DNA of 64,000 nucleotides from Eledone cirrhosa (Eukaryota), in contig OZ024741.1 of NCBI GenBank assembly GCA_964016885.1, positions 352,408,001 through 352,472,000 on the forward strand, in the 5' to 3' direction. Below the pieces are notes generated by a model, which saw nothing but the letters and a program-made list of their open reading frames with translations, was not told the DNA's origin and searched no databases. Made by a program: the position numbers and the translations under genes. Below, piece by piece: positions 57,459 to 64,000 of the stretch (the first letter of the stretch is position 1; each line of letters starts with the position of its first letter).

Positions 57459-57989
57459 CATTAGTGTATAGGATAAAATGCCATGCAGTATTTTGTTCAG
57501 CTGTCTACACCCAAAGCTCAAATCCCACTAAGATCAACTTTGAGTTTGGGGTTCAATAAAGCAAAGAACTTCTCTTTTATGGCATTGTAGTCCAGTGGGC
57601 TTTGTGTTAATGGTGGGATATCATATAGAACTGGTAGAGCTGTTGAGCTATCAACACAAATGGATTGATTATGGTGATGACAGCTTGTGTTGGACCAGTC
57701 ACACTTTTCGGAAATGTTGATAACAAAAAATTGCTGTCAAAGTAAACCAGTAAACAACACAGCTCAGGTATTGAATGGCCATTGTTTTCAAGAGTTCCTC
57801 CGACCTTTGATGGGTTTTGTTTTTCATATCGCTGGGTGTCCAAAATACACTTTCCTCACCAAGCATAAACTTGGTGGGGTTGCCAGTTTAGTCAGTGACG
57901 ACCCGACCATGTGACTGGTTGTGCTGGGCTACATGTTATCAGCAGCACTCACATGGGACCCCATCTCTCACTCTTTCTCTCTCACACAC

Positions 57990-59340
57990 ACATTCATTAT
58001 CAACATTCATCAGTCTCTCATAGTGATATTTCCAGGCCTCTTTTTTCTGAGGATCAGTGATGCTAAGTGCGCCGGCATTATTTCGGACTCACTTATCTCC
58101 AACAGCATCCTAATTTACACTGACACATTGCCTTGCAATGTGGAATACCTCACGCTTCTGATCCTCACGGCGCAAAACATTGGCAAACCTCCTACTCTCA
58201 GCCTCCCAGCGTGTTATGTATACCTGATGTCTAGCGTATCTTTTAGCGGCTGAGTATTGATCTCTACTCCCTCTATTTTTCCAATCCTTCCAGGCTTGTC
58301 TTTTGTCCTTATTGACTCTATTCATCGTGCTGTTCCACCACCAAGTCACCCTCTGTCTGGCTGGAGCTTTGCTCCAGCCACAAGTCTCTTCAGTTGTGTG
58401 CAGTAGGTTGTCGCATGAGAACTTCCAGTTGTCTTCTATATCATACAATTCTAGTTCGTCTTCCTTCTCATCATACACATCCTGTAAGGCTTTCCTAAAC
58501 CTATATTTAAGTGAAAGGTCCTTTAGCTTCCAGACATTCCTTTTCTATACTTTCCTCTGTGCCTCATTCTGTCTCTTGCTTATTGAGATGTCACTAACGA
58601 CTAACCTATATTGAGGGTACATTCTTCCCCAGGAAATGTCTTAGTATTTGACACCATCTGTCTGTCTCGTTGCCTAACTAGGAAGAAGTCAATCTGGCTT
58701 ATGTGCTCACCTGATTGGTAGGTTATTAGGTGATTGGCAGGTTTCCTGAAGTTAGTGCTGCAAATGGTTAGTTCACTTGCATCACAAAATTCAAGAAGCC
58801 TCACTCCTTCGTTTCTTGAACCTTAACCATAACCACCATGTACCCCAGTGTATCCATCCTGGAACTGTCCAACATGACCATTAAAGTCATAGTGACAGAG
58901 GACAGAGATGTAGTCTCTGTCCTCTGTCACTATGGTTGTCTGTAGAAGTTGCTCGTAAAAGCAGTCCTTCTCTTCTTTACCTAGGCCTACTTTGAGAGTG
59001 TAGGTAGAGATAATTGTCAGCAGTGTATTGCTTACAACTAATCTAACTTGATGATTCTATTACTTACTCTAACTCTTGTCAATCCACTTCTTACTCTTGT
59101 CAATCCACTTCTCGGCTAGTAGAATGCCTACCCCACTTATCCTATTATAGTTTCCTACCCAGAAAAGCTTATAGATAAGCTGTTTGCCTGCTATCAGCCT
59201 TGCTGAGGCACCTCTTCATCTCACCTCATGCACACAGCACACATCCACATGTCTTCTCTCTAGCATCTCCACTATCTCACCAGATCTACCTCTCAGAGTG
59301 TCAACATTAAGCGTAGCAACCCTGAAATGTACCTTAATAT
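57990..59340 (-). pseudogene. RTE-clade LINE APE endonuclease region, decayed
   Basis: RVATLNVDTLRGRSGEIVEMLERRHVDVCCVHEVR, RLLEFCD..NFRK..TYQSG..QIDF, TWWWN. Confidence 0.85.
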
Positions 59341-59486
59341 TTATGCATATTAAGGTACAATGGGCTGTCATCGTCCTCATCTTAGTGAGTCTAGATTTCT
59401 CATGTGGAGAGAGAAGAGTGGCAACTAGGGAAGAGAAAGTGATGATGAGGTGTTGGGTGACAGGGGTTATATATATATATATGGGT

Positions 59487-59517
<31 letters not shown>

Positions 59518-59554
59518 ACCCCTGTCACCCAACACCTCATCATCACTTTCTCTT

Positions 59555-59624
<70 letters not shown>

Positions 59625-59626
<2 letters not shown>

Positions 59627-59815
59627 TTGTTTCTACTTTTAGGCACAAGGCCAGTAATTACCCAGTACATTACTGGTACTTTATTTTATCGACCCCGTAA
59701 GGATGAAGGGCAAAGTTAACCTCGGCGAGATTTGAACTCAGAATAGCAAGGGCCGTAACTCTATGCGTCAAAGCATGGCGACCGACCCTCTACCGATACT
59801 GCCAATCCACCGCCC
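59625..59815 (-). mobile_element. OR2-like SINE in (TA)n
   Basis: Reverse complement of the SINE consensus. Confidence 0.87.
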
Positions 59816-59843
59816 TTATATATATATATATATAAATAATATA

Positions 59844-60191
59844 TATAAATAATTACAACAGTGACATAAACAGGTGTACTTAAGTTTCGTTGCGTTCTGG
59901 ACCTCCAACTTATTCAGCTTGTCATTATTTTTCGGTGGATTGGCCAGGGCGGTGGACTGGCAGTATCGGTAGAGAGTCAGACGCCATGCTTTCCAGCATA
60001 GAGTTACATCTCTTTACGGACGTTAACTTTGCCTTTCATCCTTACGGGGTCGATAAAATAAAGTACCAGTAATGTACTGGGTGCCAAAAGTAGAAACAAT
60101 TAGTTTTCTTATGACAGGCTAAATGAGTTAAGGTCCAGAACCCAACGAAACTTAAGTACACCTGTTTATGTCAGTGTTGTAATTATTTATA
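59844..60191. mobile_element. Fold-back element with an OR2-like SINE (59947-60101) in its loop
   Basis: Arms ~59844-59930 and 60103-60191; GAAAC-TTAA-GTA hammerhead-like half in each arm. Confidence 0.75.
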
Positions 60192-60238
60192 CTAAACTCG
60201 TCATATGGACTGAGTGCTCTTACACTTGGATATTTCTA

Positions 60239-60377
<139 letters not shown>

Positions 60378-60519
60378 TATATTTAGTGATAAACAGAGCA
60401 AATCGTGCGTTTAAAATTACGAGGGTTGAAATACCACATTTGTTTGAAAAAATTTAACCAGAAGCAAACGGAAAATACATAAAATAAAATATATACAGAC
60501 CTCTTCAATAACTATTACA

Positions 60520-60605
60520 TCTCCCGGAAAGATTAGGGATTTAATCTGTTTCGCCTTGAGAATTGTGTTTGAAACAGATAATCCGTGGGCATCATCAGCG
60601 AGAGA
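60520..60605 (-). ncRNA. Type I hammerhead ribozyme with extended stem III
   Basis: Minus strand: TCTCTCG-CTGATGA-T-GCC..GGC-GAAA-C-AGATTA..TAATCT-T-TC-CGGGAGA. Confidence 0.7.
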
Positions 60606-61274
60606 ATTAGATTAAATGCAACAAAGACCTCAGGCTAAAAGCCACACGAATGAATATTTCACCTCGTGCGCTAGAAGTCAAAAGTGGTGTGAGTGGACCG
60701 GCTAGAAACAATAGCCTTAATACACCCAACTTATAAGCTCACCTAGTTAGGGAGCCAAAATACAGGGTAACAGTATGAGTTGTTAACTCTGCCTTTTATT
60801 TGTATATATACATATATACATTTAAAAACAATAAAAGGCAGGATTGGAAGCATTCTTTATAATTTTAATTTTGCGAAAACTCTGAACGTATATCAATGGC
60901 CCAGTTCCATCATCCGATCATGATGCAAGATTCGGTGTCGTTGTAACAGTAAACCTCCCATTGCCGTTATAACAACACGGAATTGGCGGGCCATCCCCGA
61001 ACCATATCTATCCTCTATTCTCTGTTTGTGTTCGCCGTAATTCTGTTATTTTATATAACTAATTTTGCAATTCACACCTGATGAAAAGAATTTAAAGAAT
61101 GCTTCCAGTCTGGCTTTGTATTTTTTTTTAATGAGTATTTAACTCCGTTCTTGCATCAGCTACGATACCACGTCTACGATAGATGAATTGCATAACATCG
61201 AGTGCTTTAATTTATTACATTATCGTTTACTAACCAGAATGACAAGTTCTGCCCATTGGTAACCAACATAAATG

Positions 61275-61318
<44 letters not shown>

Positions 61319-61375
61319 CTGTGTGTGTGTGTGTGTGTGTATGTATGTGTATATATATATATATGTATATATGTA

Positions 61376-61447
<72 letters not shown>

Positions 61448-61486
61448 GATATTAATAAATGGAAACTATATTTATAAAACCATATT

Positions 61487-61551
61487 TATTTCATTATACA
61501 TATTTCAGGGATACCAAATTAAATTATGGTATGCCTTCATCAGACAAAATA
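61487..61551 (-). ncRNA. Type I hammerhead ribozyme (mirror copy)
   Basis: Reverse complement of 61854-61918. Confidence 0.75.
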
Positions 61552-61853
61552 CAATATATAACAGTTTTACAAATAAGCTTTGACGTACCCTTTTAAAATG
61601 CGACCATTATTTTTGGAAGCCATCGGGATAGTGGATTGTTTATATTATTTTAATAAGTCTTAGTGTTAAGGACAATTAGAAAAAGACGGAGAGAAAGAAA
61701 AAAGACGGAGAGAGAGAGAAAAAAAAAAATTGTCCTTAACACTAAGACTTATTAAAATAATATAAACAATTCACTATCCAGATGGCTTCCAAAAATAATG
61801 GTCGCATTTTAAAAGGGTACGTCAAAGCTTATTTGTAAAACTGTTATATATTG

Positions 61854-61918
61854 TATTTTGTCTGATGAAGGCATACCATAATTTAATTTGGTATCCCTGA
61901 AATATGTATAATGAAATA
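61854..61918 (+). ncRNA. Type I hammerhead ribozyme
   Basis: TATTTTGT-CTGATGA-AGG.ATACCA..TGGTAT.CCT-GAAA-T-ATGT-A-TA-ATGAAATA (stem I 8 bp including 2 GU pairs). Confidence 0.75.
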
Positions 61919-62049
61919 AATATGGTTTTATAAATATAGTTTCCATTTATTAATATCGTATATCTACTCCAAATACTTGTCGAGTGCTTTATATCAGTTA
62001 TAAAAATATTTACTTGTTGTATCCCAACAATTTTAAATAGAACTTTTGC

Positions 62050-62080
<31 letters not shown>

Positions 62081-62109
62081 TAGAGAGATAGATAGATAGA
62101 TAGATAGAT

Positions 62110-62171
<62 letters not shown>

Positions 62172-62296
62172 GTCAACTTTGACTTTCATCTTGCAGGGGA
62201 TGATAAAATATAATACCAGTCGAGTACTGGAGTCGGTTTAATCGACTTTCCGCTCCCCTTCACTTCAAACTGGTGGCCTTGTCCCAAAATTAGAAA

Positions 62297-62335
<39 letters not shown>

Positions 62336-62566
62336 ATATGTAGAAATTGTATTCAATTTGTTGGAAGTCCGACAAACATAAATGTTTATAACTGATTTAG
62401 AGCACTGAACAGCTACTGGAGTAAATATTCCATGATATTAAATAAATGGAAACTATATTTATAAAACCATATTTCAAGGGCAACCAAGACAACATTGGTG
62501 CGCTTTCATCAGATAAAATACAAAGTTTGTTTTATAAATAGAGACGTACCCATGAAAATTCTACCT

Positions 62567-62626
62567 TATCGGTTGGAAATTCACTGGATAGTCAATTATC
62601 TGGTGAATTTCCAATATACATATATG

Positions 62627-62724
<98 letters not shown>

Positions 62725-62814
62725 CGTGTCTGTGTGTGTGTGTGTGTGTATATACATATATGTATATTGGAAATTCACCGGATAATTGACTATCCAGTGA
62801 ATTTCCAACCGATA
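62567..62814. repeat. Nested palindrome enclosing (CA)n(TA)n(TG)n
   Basis: Each arm is itself a hairpin (TTGGAAATTCAC..GTGAATTTCCAA) and the two arms are reverse complements. Confidence 0.85.
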
Positions 62815-63032
62815 TATATATATATACATATATGTATATATATATGTGTGTGTGTGTGAAGAATGCAAAGTATGCATGCAATGTATACATATGATCTCGC
62901 CACTTTGTGAGAAGTGGTGGAAGGAAGGCACATACTACTGACCTATATTATGTTGATCTCCGTTTGGTATCTTTTGGCCATTGGAGTCCATATGCGTAAT
63001 TATCTGGGAGATAGCAAAACATTCCTGCACTG

Positions 63033-63099
<67 letters not shown>

Positions 63100-63228
63100 T
63101 ATACACACACATAGACACGCACACAGACTCGCACAAGCGCGTGCACACACACACACACATAAACACACTCATAAGCATACATATATATGAACCTGCACAC
63201 ACACAAGCACCCACACACACGTGGAAAC

Positions 63229-63341
<113 letters not shown>

Positions 63342-63352
63342 CATATATATAC

Positions 63353-63437
<85 letters not shown>

Positions 63438-63470
63438 CGTATATATATATATATATAAATATACATATAT

Positions 63471-63525
<55 letters not shown>

Positions 63526-63546
63526 AAAATGGGGAGAAAAAAAAAA

Positions 63547-63618
<72 letters not shown>

Positions 63619-63730
63619 TAAAATATATGATAAACACAAAACGTGTTTGCATTGCAACAGACAGTCAGCTATTAATGAAATAAACTAATTAAAGTGAATA
63701 CAATTTGTCTGTCTCGATATAAGTCAATAA

Positions 63731-64000
63731 AGACAATCTTATATTGGCAACTGCCATGATTCCTGGACAGATTTAAATTTCAAAATCCAAACCTGTTCTG
63801 TAGACGAATTTGAACCTCGAAACCTAAATCCGTGTCGCAATGGTGGTATGTGAATTTAAAAAATAAAGAGAATCGAAATGGAATTGAAATAAAAAGTGAA
63901 ATATCCAAATCTTCTGTGCATATCAACAGGAATCCAGTAGAAATTAGTACATTTCACATCAAAAAACTTTGCAAGTCTGACTACACGTGTATAGCCAGAC
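63731..64000 (+). pseudogene. Degenerate EGF-like / Ig-like extracellular-domain coding fragment
   Basis: Manual translation: SYIGNCHDSWTDLN...NPCRNGG, and in another frame WWY...RNGIEIK...STFHIKKLCKSDYTCIAR; in-frame stops present. Confidence 0.4.

Larger units (their letters stand above)
61441..61963. mobile_element. Large fold-back palindrome (~236-bp arms, 50-nt purine-rich loop) with hammerheads
   Basis: 61441-61677 is nearly the reverse complement of 61728-61963; adjoins (TA)n. Confidence 0.85.

Noticed and set aside
60823-61131. Hammerhead in the short inverted-repeat element (CTGATGA at 61078)
   Set aside because: Imperfect inverted ends are present but there is no downstream GAAA or stem III

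Overview
AT-rich, repeat-dominated eukaryotic (animal) genomic DNA with a 200-N gap at 2466-2665. The tRNA-type SINEs resemble the octopus OR/OK SINE families as I recall them, so an octopus/coleoid origin is inferred, not proven. I see no intact host gene; most of the ORF track is micro- or minisatellite artefact. Transposable elements: a full-length but frameshifted Tx1/L1-clade LINE with a 13-bp TSD (9170-14901); three R4/Dong-type RT plus restriction-like-endonuclease copies, all sitting in (TATG)n (42720-49012), one with a 1127-aa ORF; a decayed RNase H-containing I-group LINE interrupted by a GC-rich CRE-clade endonuclease fragment; RTE remnants; an internally deleted mariner with ~100-bp TIRs; a non-autonomous Helitron; several MITEs; a possible solo LTR; and many SINEs. 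Four minisatellites have 28, 45, 48 and 51 bp units. The most striking unannotated signal is about a dozen fold-back (palindromic) elements, mostly in or beside (TA)n tracts. Several carry type I hammerhead ribozyme motifs on both strands (CUGANGA-stemII-GAAA-short stemIII-UH-stemI), and further solo hammerhead motifs occur nearby; the best-known source of such motifs is Penelope-like pseudo-LTRs or retrozymes. A degenerate EGF/Ig-like coding fragment lies at the right edge. All folding and alignment was done by eye and some coordinates are approximate.
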